Shown here: piece by piece, positions 47,720 to 56,711 of the stretch
Layout of the letters: every line of letters begins with the position of its first letter
Numbering within the stretch: the first letter of the stretch is position 1
DNA from: Candidatus Liptonbacteria bacterium
GTDB taxonomy: Bacteria > Patescibacteriota > Minisyncoccia > UBA6257 > 2-01-FULL-56-20
Direction: 5' to 3'
Assembly (NCBI GenBank): GCA_016194445.1
Contig: JACQBP010000035.1
Coordinates: forward strand, 4,396-68,395
Length of the DNA: 64,000 bases
Position numbers and translations under genes: made by a program
Notes under the pieces: model-generated
Told to the model about the DNA's origin: nothing
What the model saw: only the letters and a program-made list of their open reading frames with translations
Database searches by the model: none

Positions 47720-50011
47720 ATGTCCCCAAAGAGAAATCATTTCGCCGAAGTTAGAAAAAGAGATGGCCGCATCGTCGCCTTTGATCAAGATCGTATCACA
47801 AGCGCCATCAAAAAAGCCATGTTGGCTGCCGGAGAAGATCACCCCGAAGTCGACGCCGAGCGAGTTTCTGATCAAGTGGTCAATGCCCTCGCCCACAAAT
47901 TCACCGCCACTCACCTTCCCTCGATCGAACAGATTCAGGATATGGTGGAAACCCAACTCATGGCCACCGGTTTCACCCAAACCGCCAAATCTTACATTCT
48001 CTACCGCAACGAACGCGCCCGACTAAGAGAAGAAAAGCGCGAAGTCCCTGAACACGTCCGCGATTTAGCCGCGGAGAGTAAAAAATATTTCCGTAACCCC
48101 TTGGGCGAATTTATTTTCTACCGCACTTACTCCCGTTGGATCGAAGAAGAAAACCGCCGCGAAACTTGGATTGAGACGATTGATCGCTACCTGGATTTCA
48201 TGAAAGAAAATCTTGGCAACAAATTAACCGATGCCGAGTACAGCGAAATCCGTGAAGGTATTTTAAATCAAGAAGCCATGCCTTCGATGCGCCTCCTGCA
48301 ATTTGCCGGCAAAGCTGCTCGCTCGACCAACGTTGCCGCCTACAACTGCTCCTTCATCGCTCCCTCAAAACTTCAAGACTTCGCCGAAATTATGTACATC
48401 TCCATGTGCGGCACCGGTGTCGGCTTCTCGGTTGAAAATCAAAACGTTCAGCAACTTCCCCAAATCAAAAAACAAGGCGGTGAGAAATTGCCTACTCACG
48501 TGATCACCGACTCCAAAGAAGGCTGGGCTGACTCTTTGGCTTTCGGTATGCAAACCTGGTTCAATGGTAAAGACGTTGAGTTTGATTATTCCGAACTCCG
48601 GCCTGCCGGCGCGAGATTGAAAACTATGGGCGGCAAAAGCTCCGGTCCTGATCCGATCCGCTCACTCTTAAATTTCACGCGCGCTAAAATCCTAAAGAAG
48701 CAGGGTCGCCGTCTCTCCAACCTCGACGTCCACGACGTGATCTGTAAAATCGGCGAGATCGTGGTCGCTGGCGGCGTCAGGCGCTCCGCTTTAATTTCTC
48801 TCTCCGATCTCGACGACATCGAAATGCGCGATGCTAAAAAAGGCCAGTTTTATACGACCGAACCCCAACGCTCGCTCGCTAACAACTCTGCCGTCTACAA
48901 TCAAAAACCCTCCGCCGCTGAATTTATGGACGAGTGGATCGCGCTTATAAAAAGCGGCTCCGGGGAGCGCGGTATCTTCAACCGCGGCGGCCTGGCCAAA
49001 ACCCTGCCCGAACGCCGTCTCAAAGTCCTCAAGGGCTACGTGGGCGATCTGGGCACCAACCCTTGCGGTGAAATTATTTTGCAATCCAAACAATTCTGTA
49101 ACCTCTCCGAAGTGGTTTGCCGCGCCGAAGACACCGAGGAATCCTTGCTCCGTAAGGTTCGTCTAGCCACCATCTTAGGCACCTATCAAGCCACCCTCAC
49201 TAAGCTTCCCTATCTTTCCAAAGAATGGACCGAAAATTGTGAAACCGAAAGGCTCTTGGGGGTATCCATGACCGGCCAATGGGACTCGGTGGTCGCCCGC
49301 GAGCCCGAAGTTTTAAATAAGTTAAGAGAAGAAGCTATTAAAATTAACCAAGAATATTCCAAACGCTTCAAAATCAATGAATCCACCTGTATCACTTGTG
49401 TCAAACCCAGTGGCAATCTCTCGCAAACTGTCGACTGCGCCTCGGGCCTTCACCCTCGCCACTCGAAATACTATATCAGAAGAGTTCGTATCGCTCACAC
49501 CGACTCCCTTTTCAAAATGCTCCGCGACCAAAAAATTCCCTATCACCCCGAAGTGGGCCAATCGATGGAAACCGCCACCACCTACGTCGTTGATTTCCCA
49601 GTCAAATCTCCCGAAGGCGCCGTCTTCAAAAATAACGTCACCGCTCTCGAACTTCTCGAACATTGGAAAACGGTGAAAACTAAATTCACCGAACACAATC
49701 CTTCGGTCACCATCTCCGTGGGCGACGAAGAGTGGATTGCGGTGGCCGACTGGCTCTATGAAAATTGGGAAGTCATCGGTGGCCTCTCCTTCCTCCCTCG
49801 CTCCAACCATGTTTACCAGTTAGCTCCCTACGAAGAAATAAATGTTGATCAATACCAAGAAATGCTAGAAAAATTTGAAGGTTTAGATTTTTCCCAAATC
49901 ATGGCCTACGAAAAACGGGATGAAACCGACTTGAAAAAAGAACTGGCGTGCGTGGGCGGCGTTTGCGAGATCGACGAAGTCACCACCGAAGCCACCGCCG
50001 TAGCCGCTTAA
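47720..50011 (+). CDS. nrdJ: Class II (adenosylcobalamin-dependent, RTPR-like) ribonucleotide reductase with ATP cone
   Basis: VRKRDGR ATP cone, RTYSR, YNCSF, GTGVGF, GGVRRSA, GTNPCGE, TCVKPSG, C-terminal ACVGGVCE; no beta-subunit gene adjacent. Confidence 0.92.
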   Translation: MSPKRNHFAEVRKRDGRIVAFDQDRITSAIKKAMLAAGEDHPEVDAERVSDQVVNALAHKFTATHLPSIEQIQDMVETQLMATGFTQTAKSYILYRNERARLREEKREVPEHVRDLAAESKKYFRNPLGEFIFYRTYSRWIEEENRRETWIETIDRYLDFMKENLGNKLTDAEYSEIREGILNQEAMPSMRLLQFAGKAARSTNVAAYNCSFIAPSKLQDFAEIMYISMCGTGVGFSVENQNVQQLPQIKKQGGEKLPTHVITDSKEGWADSLAFGMQTWFNGKDVEFDYSELRPAGARLKTMGGKSSGPDPIRSLLNFTRAKILKKQGRRLSNLDVHDVICKIGEIVVAGGVRRSALISLSDLDDIEMRDAKKGQFYTTEPQRSLANNSAVYNQKPSAAEFMDEWIALIKSGSGERGIFNRGGLAKTLPERRLKVLKGYVGDLGTNPCGEIILQSKQFCNLSEVVCRAEDTEESLLRKVRLATILGTYQATLTKLPYLSKEWTENCETERLLGVSMTGQWDSVVAREPEVLNKLREEAIKINQEYSKRFKINESTCITCVKPSGNLSQTVDCASGLHPRHSKYYIRRVRIAHTDSLFKMLRDQKIPYHPEVGQSMETATTYVVDFPVKSPEGAVFKNNVTALELLEHWKTVKTKFTEHNPSVTISVGDEEWIAVADWLYENWEVIGGLSFLPRSNHVYQLAPYEEINVDQYQEMLEKFEGLDFSQIMAYEKRDETDLKKELACVGGVCEIDEVTTEATAVAA

Positions 50012-50159
50012 AAGAAATCACTTTTTCTTGAAATCAAAAAGTTGCTTGGTAAAGCAAAAGATTTTTTGATTTCAACCCGATACTTTCTCATTTCTTTAAT
50101 AACGCCTTACAAAATCATCTCTTGAAAAACTAATTTAATCTGTTAAGCTAGATTGGCAT

Positions 50160-50429
50160 TCCCCGGTAGCTCAGTGGTAGAGCGGATCCCTGTCGGATAG
50201 GCAGCCTACAAGAGTAATCTTGTTTGAAAATTTCGGGATAACGGTGAACCCTTCGATACGCTTTGGCATATAAAGGTAACACCGTGGGAACCTCGCAATT
50301 TGCGGGGGCACCGTAGAGACTAGATACCGAAACATCCCAGTTGGGATGATGATATAGTCCGCGCCCTTTGGAAACTTTGGGATAAGTGTAAGGATAAGGT
50401 CGTAGGTTCGAATCCTACCCGGGGAGCCA
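50160..50429 (+). tRNA. tRNA-Asn(GTT) interrupted by an intron (exons 50160-50193 and 50389-50429)
   Basis: Spliced form TCCCCGG TA GCTC AGTGGTA GAGC G GATCC CTGT^TAA GGATA AGGTC GTAGG TTCGAAT CCTAC CCGGGGA G CCA. U1-A72 and G73 fit Asn. Confidence 0.9.
50194..50388 (+). ncRNA. Group I self-splicing intron, 195 nt, ORF-less
   Basis: Exon ends in U, intron ends in G. P1 CUGU/GCAG with U-G wobble, P2 ACAAGA-GUAA-UCUUGU, P3 UUUCGG/CCGAAA, P4 ACGGUG/CACCGU, P7 GACUA/UAGUC, P8 CAUCCCA/UGGGAUG, GAAA-capped P9. Confidence 0.9.
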
Positions 50430-52016
50430 GATGGGATGAGTGTCGCGAAAAGCGGCACTTTTCTCTTTATTGGTGGGCTTTTTCGCAGGTTCGAAAGTGC
50501 TTTTTTCGGTGTTTTTCTCGGAAAGCTCTTGTTGAACTCGATCATGTATGAGTTTAAAGGCTTTTTGGTAAGAAACCTCGACATTCTTGCCGTTTATCTT
50601 GGGGTTCGAAAATAGAAATGACAGCAGGGTTCGTTTTTGCTCAACCGTTCGCCGGGGTTTTAGATAAGTGTCGCGGGCCTCTTTTGCTATTTGAAGCACG
50701 GCCACACCCATCTCAAAATATTTGAGATTCGCGTTGCGATGGCGGTTTAAGCTGTCCAGCGTTTCTTCTTGCTCTTTTTTGTATTGCTGGAGTTTTTTGT
50801 CATAAAAATCGTGGCTGATTCGGCCGTCGATTTTATCGTCATAAAGTTTATCTATTCTCTGGGTGGCCGTCTGATATCTTCGTTCAAGTTCGGCCGATGA
50901 TTTTTCACGGAAGGCGATCTCGCCGGCATGGCTTTCTTTGAGTGCCTCTTGGACCCACGAGAGCATCCGTTCAATGCGTTTATCTTCGTGGCTTACTTCA
51001 ACCACCGATTTGGCCACTTGAGTATTGATATCTTCTTGCTTTACCCAATCATAATTCGGGCAGTTTTTGTAATGATTGCAGTGGCCGTACCAATGGCCTT
51101 TTTGTATTTCCCAAGTAATCGTTCCTCCGCATTCACTGCATCGGAATACGCTTTTAAACAGCGAATTGTGCTTTCGCATCCTCGGAGCTCCGTAACTGTG
51201 CAATCTATCCTGCACTTTTTGAAAAAGTTCTTTACTGATAAGCGGTTCGTGGTGACCCGGGGTGATCTGATTTTTCCATCGGTTCATGCCGTAGTAGAAC
51301 GGATCACCGAGAAGCTGATGGATTCGGGCATGGCTTACTTTGTGACTGGTACGCGAGCGCAGGCCTTTTTCATACATCGCATTGCAGAGTGTCTTGGTTG
51401 AGTATTGGCCGGATGCATATAATTCAAACATCTTTTTAATGAGTGGTGATTTTTCCTCGTCAATCACATGAACTTTATGTCCCTTCTCGCCGTCGGTTTT
51501 ATATCCGAGCGGAGGCTTTGTCGGCAACCATCCCTGCGCCAGTTTTTCTTTTTGCCCCTTTTTTACATTTTCAGAGAGCAGTCGGATATAGTATTCGGCT
51601 GTTGCCACTTTTACTCGCCACATAAACCACTCGTGCGATTTTGATTCTTTGTGCAGGGTGCATCCTTCTTTGACCAGATGAATTTTATGATTATCATCGG
51701 CCAGTATCCAATTATCAATAACCGGTACATCGGCGAAGTTTCTGGTGAGCCGGTCGGTGGTCTCTACGATGATGGTGTTGATTTTGTTTTTTACCACATG
51801 CGCCATCATCTCGCCGAAGATTTTTCGCTGGATTTTGCCGGCGGCCGACTCTTGGATGGCAAAAACTTTCGTGAGCTCGAAGTTATTGCGTTCGGCATAG
51901 TCGCGAAGGAATTTTTCTTGGGCCGGTAGTGAATAGCCGGTATCCTCTTGATCTTTTGAGGACACGCGGGCGTATCCCACGGTCTTTGGCATTTCGTTAT
52001 TGTTTATCATTGTCAT
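50415..52016 (-). CDS. Large serine recombinase (integrase)
   Basis: GYARVSS catalytic Ser, DRLTRN, PPLGY, GHHEPLISKELF, zinc ribbon CSECG...HC..C, coiled coil. Stop codon lies inside the tRNA. Confidence 0.93.
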   Translation of the reverse strand: MTMINNNEMPKTVGYARVSSKDQEDTGYSLPAQEKFLRDYAERNNFELTKVFAIQESAAGKIQRKIFGEMMAHVVKNKINTIIVETTDRLTRNFADVPVIDNWILADDNHKIHLVKEGCTLHKESKSHEWFMWRVKVATAEYYIRLLSENVKKGQKEKLAQGWLPTKPPLGYKTDGEKGHKVHVIDEEKSPLIKKMFELYASGQYSTKTLCNAMYEKGLRSRTSHKVSHARIHQLLGDPFYYGMNRWKNQITPGHHEPLISKELFQKVQDRLHSYGAPRMRKHNSLFKSVFRCSECGGTITWEIQKGHWYGHCNHYKNCPNYDWVKQEDINTQVAKSVVEVSHEDKRIERMLSWVQEALKESHAGEIAFREKSSAELERRYQTATQRIDKLYDDKIDGRISHDFYDKKLQQYKKEQEETLDSLNRHRNANLKYFEMGVAVLQIAKEARDTYLKPRRTVEQKRTLLSFLFSNPKINGKNVEVSYQKAFKLIHDRVQQELSEKNTEKSTFEPAKKPTNKEKSAAFRDTHPIWLPG

Positions 52017-52109
52017 TTTTGGTTAATTTTTTGGTTCGAAATCGACCTTTGGTCTCAAGACAACCCCTATGCCAATTCTCGATATCCATCAAGCTGATTT
52101 GCCCACAGC

Positions 52110-52646
52110 TCAAACACCGGTGTCTATCCAGTCAAAAAGTCGGTTTTCCGCATCTTCTGGATATTCTTTTCGAGCCAGCTTGAGCCGTACTTCGTAAGGG
52201 ACGAGATACCACCTTTCCATTGATGTCATTTTTGAGAGCGCTTCTTTGCTTAAATTCATTTCTTCTTTGGGCCTGCCTTCGACGCGATCCAGAAGCTCTT
52301 TTATGGCGCCGAGCTTCACATTGTCTTGCTGGCTTCCCATTAAAGCTACGAGCATTTCGTTGGCAAGCCGGAAGTTCTTCTCGCGAATTTGAACGCCGGC
52401 CTTGAGAAGCATCTGCATCGTTTCCCCGTGGATTGTATCCATTTCTTTCTCGTAAAGCTTGTATGTCTCGCAGAGCGTTCCCGTGTCTTTAAACCAATCT
52501 TTTGCTGTTTGCTCGGAAAACTTGCCTTTTCTACTTTTTTCAAACTGGGAATTCAAAGTTTCGGCAATGTCTTGGTAGGAATTGCCTTTATATTTCAGCT
52601 CTAACGCTTTCTTGTGGTATTCGGCTAAATGTTTGAGTTTCGGCAT
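52110..52646 (-). CDS. HTH protein, terminase-small-subunit-like
   Basis: N-terminal HTH (GNSYQDIAETL...TAKDW); C-terminal VKLGAIKELLDRVEGRPKE. Confidence 0.5.
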   Translation of the reverse strand: MPKLKHLAEYHKKALELKYKGNSYQDIAETLNSQFEKSRKGKFSEQTAKDWFKDTGTLCETYKLYEKEMDTIHGETMQMLLKAGVQIREKNFRLANEMLVALMGSQQDNVKLGAIKELLDRVEGRPKEEMNLSKEALSKMTSMERWYLVPYEVRLKLARKEYPEDAENRLFDWIDTGV

Positions 52647-52657
52647 GAAAAGTTGTG

Positions 52658-52855
52658 TTAAGTAGAGTGTTTGGCTGATTCATGGCGAATAGGTTGGACC
52701 GGCTTCCCCAGCACATACTCAATAATAATTATTGCCGCTTGAAGCCGTATTGATTCGTCTTTGCTTTCCAAAAGCGAAACCAGCACTTTTGTCGCTTTCA
52801 CTACATTTTTTCGTAGTATTTCTATCGCGATTTCTTCTGGCTTTTTATTTTTCAT
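52658..52855 (-). CDS. Small protein similar to the C-terminal half of 52110..52646
   Basis: LVSLLESKDESIRLQAAIIIIEYVLGKP versus LVALMGSQQDNVKLGAIKELLDRVEGRP. Confidence 0.6.
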   Translation of the reverse strand: MKNKKPEEIAIEILRKNVVKATKVLVSLLESKDESIRLQAAIIIIEYVLGKPVQPIRHESAKHST

Positions 52856-53346
52856 GGTTTTGGCGTCATTGATTTTATTAATGTCTCGCGACCTCTTGCG
52901 AGCGCATCCAATGATTCCTGGTCTTTTTCTTGGGCGTATTGACGGCGGTATTTTAGATCATCGAGCGCGCGTTTCTTTTGGCAAAATTCTTCGTATGCCT
53001 TAAGGCCTGGGCCTACCGCCCAGCTCCAGCCCGGGTGTTCTGGCTTAACCCAGCGACGAGATATCGCTTTATTTCGAAGCAGATATTGGACGATACCGGC
53101 ATCGGTTAGGCCGGTAACATCGTTGCGAACTCGACGCGTGTCTTGGCTTTCGGGGAATTCTCGCTTGCCGATCTTAAAGGCGTTTATAACCGGCACCGTC
53201 TCTCCGTAGAAGCTCATTGGTCTTTCCAGCGGTTCTTTTTTCAGTTGCTCAAGCTCGGCCTCAAATTCTCGAATAGCTTTTCGATCTTCTTCGATATCCA
53301 AGTCGTACCCGACTTTTATTGGTTTTTGTTCTTCATTTAATTTCAT
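52852..53346 (-). CDS. Hypothetical protein
   Basis: Tightly coupled in the element operon (ATGA overlap). Confidence 0.65.
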   Translation of the reverse strand: MKLNEEQKPIKVGYDLDIEEDRKAIREFEAELEQLKKEPLERPMSFYGETVPVINAFKIGKREFPESQDTRRVRNDVTGLTDAGIVQYLLRNKAISRRWVKPEHPGWSWAVGPGLKAYEEFCQKKRALDDLKYRRQYAQEKDQESLDALARGRETLIKSMTPKP

Positions 53347-53349
53347 GGC

Positions 53350-54117
53350 TTAGACAATAAATTTAAGAAGTGTCTCAAGGCTATATTTCTTGAGCCATCC
53401 TTCTTTGACCGCTTCTTGCATCCGCTTATAGCCTTGCTTCAACCGCTCGTCCTCAAACGGCATAAGGTTTTTAGCGGCTCGCAGATTTCTTCGGATAAAA
53501 GTTTCCCATTGCCTTTTAGTGGTGAAATCAGGCTCCTCGGTATCCGCCCAAATTCCGATAATCTGAATATGGCGTTGCGGACTTTGATTGCACCACTCAA
53601 CGAATTCTTTTAAATCCATAGGCATATCCGCATTCACCGAAGGTGTTGCAATATCTTCTTTATTAATTTTCTTTATTGATTCTTCTTTGTTGCCATCCAT
53701 TGGCTTTTCTAAAATCACCGGATGACTTTTCATAACGCACCCAGTGCCTTTTCTATGAGAAAAATCATCTGGTGACTTTTCTTTTTTGGCATAGTATTTG
53801 GCGTTCAGTTGCCATAAATCGACGATCTTGTACTCAATGGTCGGCTTAGTTTTGCCGGCAACGCCGACTTTTTCTATCCAACCTCTTTGCACTAAAGTTT
53901 TCTGATACTTTCTGACGGTACCCGGAGCGATATCGAGTTTCTTTGCGATATTAATCGGCGACTCCCAGCAGGTGCCGGTCTCGCCGGCAACGCGCTTCAT
54001 GTAAAGATAAATTGCCTGCTCGTAGACGGTTGAATGGTTCACGATATAGTTCGGAATGATCGTGAAATATTTGCGGTCACCGCTTTTATCTATGATTTTG
54101 AAGGGATCACTTTTCAT
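53350..54117 (-). CDS. Phage-type replication initiator-like protein (N-terminal wHTH)
   Basis: YFTIIPN, AIYLYM, CWESPINIAKKLDIAPGTVRKYQKTLVQRGWI, linker, helical C-terminal domain. Confidence 0.7.
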   Translation of the reverse strand: MKSDPFKIIDKSGDRKYFTIIPNYIVNHSTVYEQAIYLYMKRVAGETGTCWESPINIAKKLDIAPGTVRKYQKTLVQRGWIEKVGVAGKTKPTIEYKIVDLWQLNAKYYAKKEKSPDDFSHRKGTGCVMKSHPVILEKPMDGNKEESIKKINKEDIATPSVNADMPMDLKEFVEWCNQSPQRHIQIIGIWADTEEPDFTTKRQWETFIRRNLRAAKNLMPFEDERLKQGYKRMQEAVKEGWLKKYSLETLLKFIV

Positions 54118-54286
54118 GGCTTTGTTGTTCGGCGATTAAATCCTCGCAGTAGCACTGCATCAGCGTGTCGTAAAAGCCCACGAGACAAAATGCGATGTCG
54201 TGCAAATCCTGATCATTGACCTCTTCGCCAAAATCTTCTTTGAGAATGACGCGGAGCTTCTCCAGCGTTTCTGGTTTTAAGTTCAC
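54107..54286 (-). CDS. Small hypothetical protein (59 aa, below the ORF-track cutoff)
   Basis: GTG-NLKPETLEKLRVILKEDFGEEVNDQDLHDIAFCLVGFYDTL...; fills the gap between neighbouring genes. Confidence 0.6.
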   Translation of the reverse strand: MNLKPETLEKLRVILKEDFGEEVNDQDLHDIAFCLVGFYDTLMQCYCEDLIAEQQSHEK

Positions 54287-54288
54287 GG

Positions 54289-54549
54289 CTATTCGTGGGC
54301 ATAAATCCTGACTTTGGCGAGTTTAAGCTGGTTGAAAAATGCTTGCGGCTCGACCTTGAGTTCGCGCTTCCAATACTTGGCGACAAGCTCATCCAGCTCG
54401 TCGCTTTTCTTGAACGCGAATAGGACTTTATGCGGGTTTGTCCGATCGCAGACCTCGAGCGAATCGGGAATAAATAATAAAAGCACCGCCACCAACGCTA
54501 AATCGGCGGATTTATAAACTTCGGTTTGTTCAGTTGTTTTCATCGTCAT
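54289..54549 (-). CDS. DUF5659-like small phage protein
   Basis: SADLALVAVL...VLFAF...YWKRELKVEPQAFFNQLKLAKVRIY. Confidence 0.65.
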   Translation of the reverse strand: MTMKTTEQTEVYKSADLALVAVLLLFIPDSLEVCDRTNPHKVLFAFKKSDELDELVAKYWKRELKVEPQAFFNQLKLAKVRIYAHE

Positions 54550-54651
54550 TATTCGCTAAACCGATGTTCCGTTTCGGGGCCTCACCCAAAACAAAACACA
54601 CTCCCATGTTAAGGGAGTGCATTCATTCAATTTTCAGTTATGAATTGATTT

Positions 54652-55353
54652 TTAGGGCTTAAAATACCATCCTTCCTGCTTTTGATTGAAAATTACATCT
54701 TTTTTGAAATGAAGTTTTAATAGGTTGTGGAGCTCGCTTACATACTTTGCGATTGTAATTCTGGGCGTGGATTTTCTTCTGTCCGCATTGATAATCGCGT
54801 CTTGTATGTCATCTCTTGTGAGCATCCGATTCGGGTGATCCATAAAAAGTCGGCATAAATCTTTTATCTGACTTCGCATTTCAATCATTTCGCCTTGATA
54901 TCGGATCGTTCCATCGGAATAGCCGGCAAGGCCTTTTATTTCAATCTCTGGCTTCAAATCTTGAACATACAGCAAGTCCTTTTTGTGCCGGCGCGTAGGA
55001 GCTGTACTGAAGATTTCCTCATCAGATTTCTTGGGTGGCGCAACCAGATCCATCAATTTTTGCCGTTCCTTATACAAAAGCATCTTTATCGGTCTAATCA
55101 AATAAAAACAATCTTGATCCTCTTCAAAATTGCCAATAATTTTCTTCTTTTTGAGGTCTTTAAGCCACCGTCTCTGTTCGTCCCAAGAGTGGAGCGGAAA
55201 AGGGTTGAGCCAGACCTTTTTTCGTTTAGAGTAAAATTCGGGATCATCCTCGCCGGCCACTTCAACTCTTTTGATAACCTCGTTGATAAAATCAATTTTT
55301 CTTTGGGCCTCCCGCCTGATTTTTACTACATCATCATTAATAGTCATTGTCAT
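54652..55353 (-). CDS. Regulator with C-terminal OmpR/PhoB-type winged helix
   Basis: LCRLFMDHPNRMLTRDDI...TIAKYVSELHNLL...IFNQKQEGWYF; no receiver domain. Confidence 0.7.
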   Translation of the reverse strand: MTMTINDDVVKIRREAQRKIDFINEVIKRVEVAGEDDPEFYSKRKKVWLNPFPLHSWDEQRRWLKDLKKKKIIGNFEEDQDCFYLIRPIKMLLYKERQKLMDLVAPPKKSDEEIFSTAPTRRHKKDLLYVQDLKPEIEIKGLAGYSDGTIRYQGEMIEMRSQIKDLCRLFMDHPNRMLTRDDIQDAIINADRRKSTPRITIAKYVSELHNLLKLHFKKDVIFNQKQEGWYFKP

Positions 55354-55464
55354 AGTGTTAAATCCATTGTGTCAGATTTTGCCACTTTTGAAAATAAATA
55401 CGAGCGGACGGTAACAGTTTCAATGAGCTAAAGCGACGGATTGTCGGAAAAAGAAATAAGTGAT

Positions 55465-56070
55465 ATGGTAAAAAATATTTCCATAGCTTCTATGCCCAAA
55501 CCACAACTTACCTACAATCCCAATTATTATGACGGAACAAACCTCATGCAGCTGAGACCGCGCGAGGTTGCTTTCAAAACATATAAAATGCGCGACGGTA
55601 CTCTGATAGGCTTATTTCAGGGAAGTCGTGGAGTGCGACCAGACATTGATTTCGTTATAAAAATTCTTATTCCCGGATCCGATAAAAAATTAAGACCACC
55701 AACTCACACCTTTTGGGTTGTGGATCTATTACTTAAAATCCCGCAATACAAGAACGAGGTGAAAGAAATTGTGCAATATTATATAGATTATTACGAACGG
55801 ACGGTTCCTTTTGCTTCTGTTCAGGAAAGAAATAATTACCAGCTTGAAACCGTTGAGGAAATTACAACTCGTTATGCGCAACTGGAGCAACCATATACAC
55901 TTTCACTCGATTATGTCGCGACGGTCATTGAACTTTTTTGTAAGAACGAGAAAATCAACCCCGGCGCATATATGTTCCGAAATCTCTTGCTCGTGTTGAG
56001 AGATTATATTGACGGCAATAAGCACTATACAGAAGTGCTTCAGGCCGCAATGCCTGGCTACAGAAATTAG
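55465..56070 (+). CDS. Hypothetical protein in the R-M neighbourhood
   Basis: About 200-aa ORF converging on, and overlapping the stop of, the MutH-like gene. Confidence 0.7.
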   Translation: MVKNISIASMPKPQLTYNPNYYDGTNLMQLRPREVAFKTYKMRDGTLIGLFQGSRGVRPDIDFVIKILIPGSDKKLRPPTHTFWVVDLLLKIPQYKNEVKEIVQYYIDYYERTVPFASVQERNNYQLETVEEITTRYAQLEQPYTLSLDYVATVIELFCKNEKINPGAYMFRNLLLVLRDYIDGNKHYTEVLQAAMPGYRN

Positions 56071-56711
56071 CTTGCTGTCTCAAAAATCTTTTTTACTAGC
56101 CCTGTGCGAGCATAGAATGCCCGAGTAATAGGGCGACGCTTTCCAGTTCGCGGATTAATACCACCAATGCCTTTTGTGCGAGCCTGTATCCACTTGCCGT
56201 CTTTCCCGGTTAAGGCATCAAAACCCTTCTTAATCAGTTTGTCGCGGATAAAATCGTAGTCGGCCTTGATTTCTTTTATCAATTCACCGTCCTCGGCGAA
56301 ATCCAAGCTTGCCACGCTCAGCAACTCCGCTTTCTTGGAATTCATGCCATTCCATTTTACGGCACAAAAAATAATAGTTTTAAATTTTGCCCAAACATGA
56401 CTTTCAAAAAACGAATGATCCTTTAATTCTTCGGGGTGGACCATTGTTATCGCCATCGTTTCTTTTGGTACGAGTTTATTGTTCACATAATGAAAGGCGA
56501 CGGATTTGAGTTCGTAAGTAAGCCCATTCGGTGCTTTTGAGACATTTGTTTGTAGCCCCGCCAACCGTTCTAAGACAAGACCCTTCCAGCCTTTATTTTG
56601 CTTTCCATTCTTAAACGAATTGATACCGAATTGCAAAGCAAGATCGGCAAGGTCTCTACCAATATATTTCTTCAGATTTTTTATCGCAGTTGCCCGAGTT
56701 ACAATTTTCAT
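56067..56711 (-). CDS. MutH/Sau3AI-family endonuclease
   Basis: NKGWKGLVLE, ELKS, PKETMAIT, IKADY, IQARTKG, RAFY. Confidence 0.85.
   Translation of the reverse strand: MKIVTRATAIKNLKKYIGRDLADLALQFGINSFKNGKQNKGWKGLVLERLAGLQTNVSKAPNGLTYELKSVAFHYVNNKLVPKETMAITMVHPEELKDHSFFESHVWAKFKTIIFCAVKWNGMNSKKAELLSVASLDFAEDGELIKEIKADYDFIRDKLIKKGFDALTGKDGKWIQARTKGIGGINPRTGKRRPITRAFYARTGLVKKIFETAS

Noticed and set aside
50160-50200. tRNA-Thr(TGT) or tRNA pseudogene
   Set aside because: Group I boundaries (exon U, terminal G) give a canonical CT-GTT-AA loop and Asn identity elements. A TGT reading lacks U33.
47581-50452. 13-bp match GTGTCGCGAAAAG at 47581 and 50440 as an att pair
   Set aside because: A match of this length is expected by chance in 64 kb, and it would flank core genes rather than the island.
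50171-50584. 137-aa minus-strand ORF
   Set aside because: Antisense to the tRNA and intron and overlaps the integrase; no homing-endonuclease motifs.
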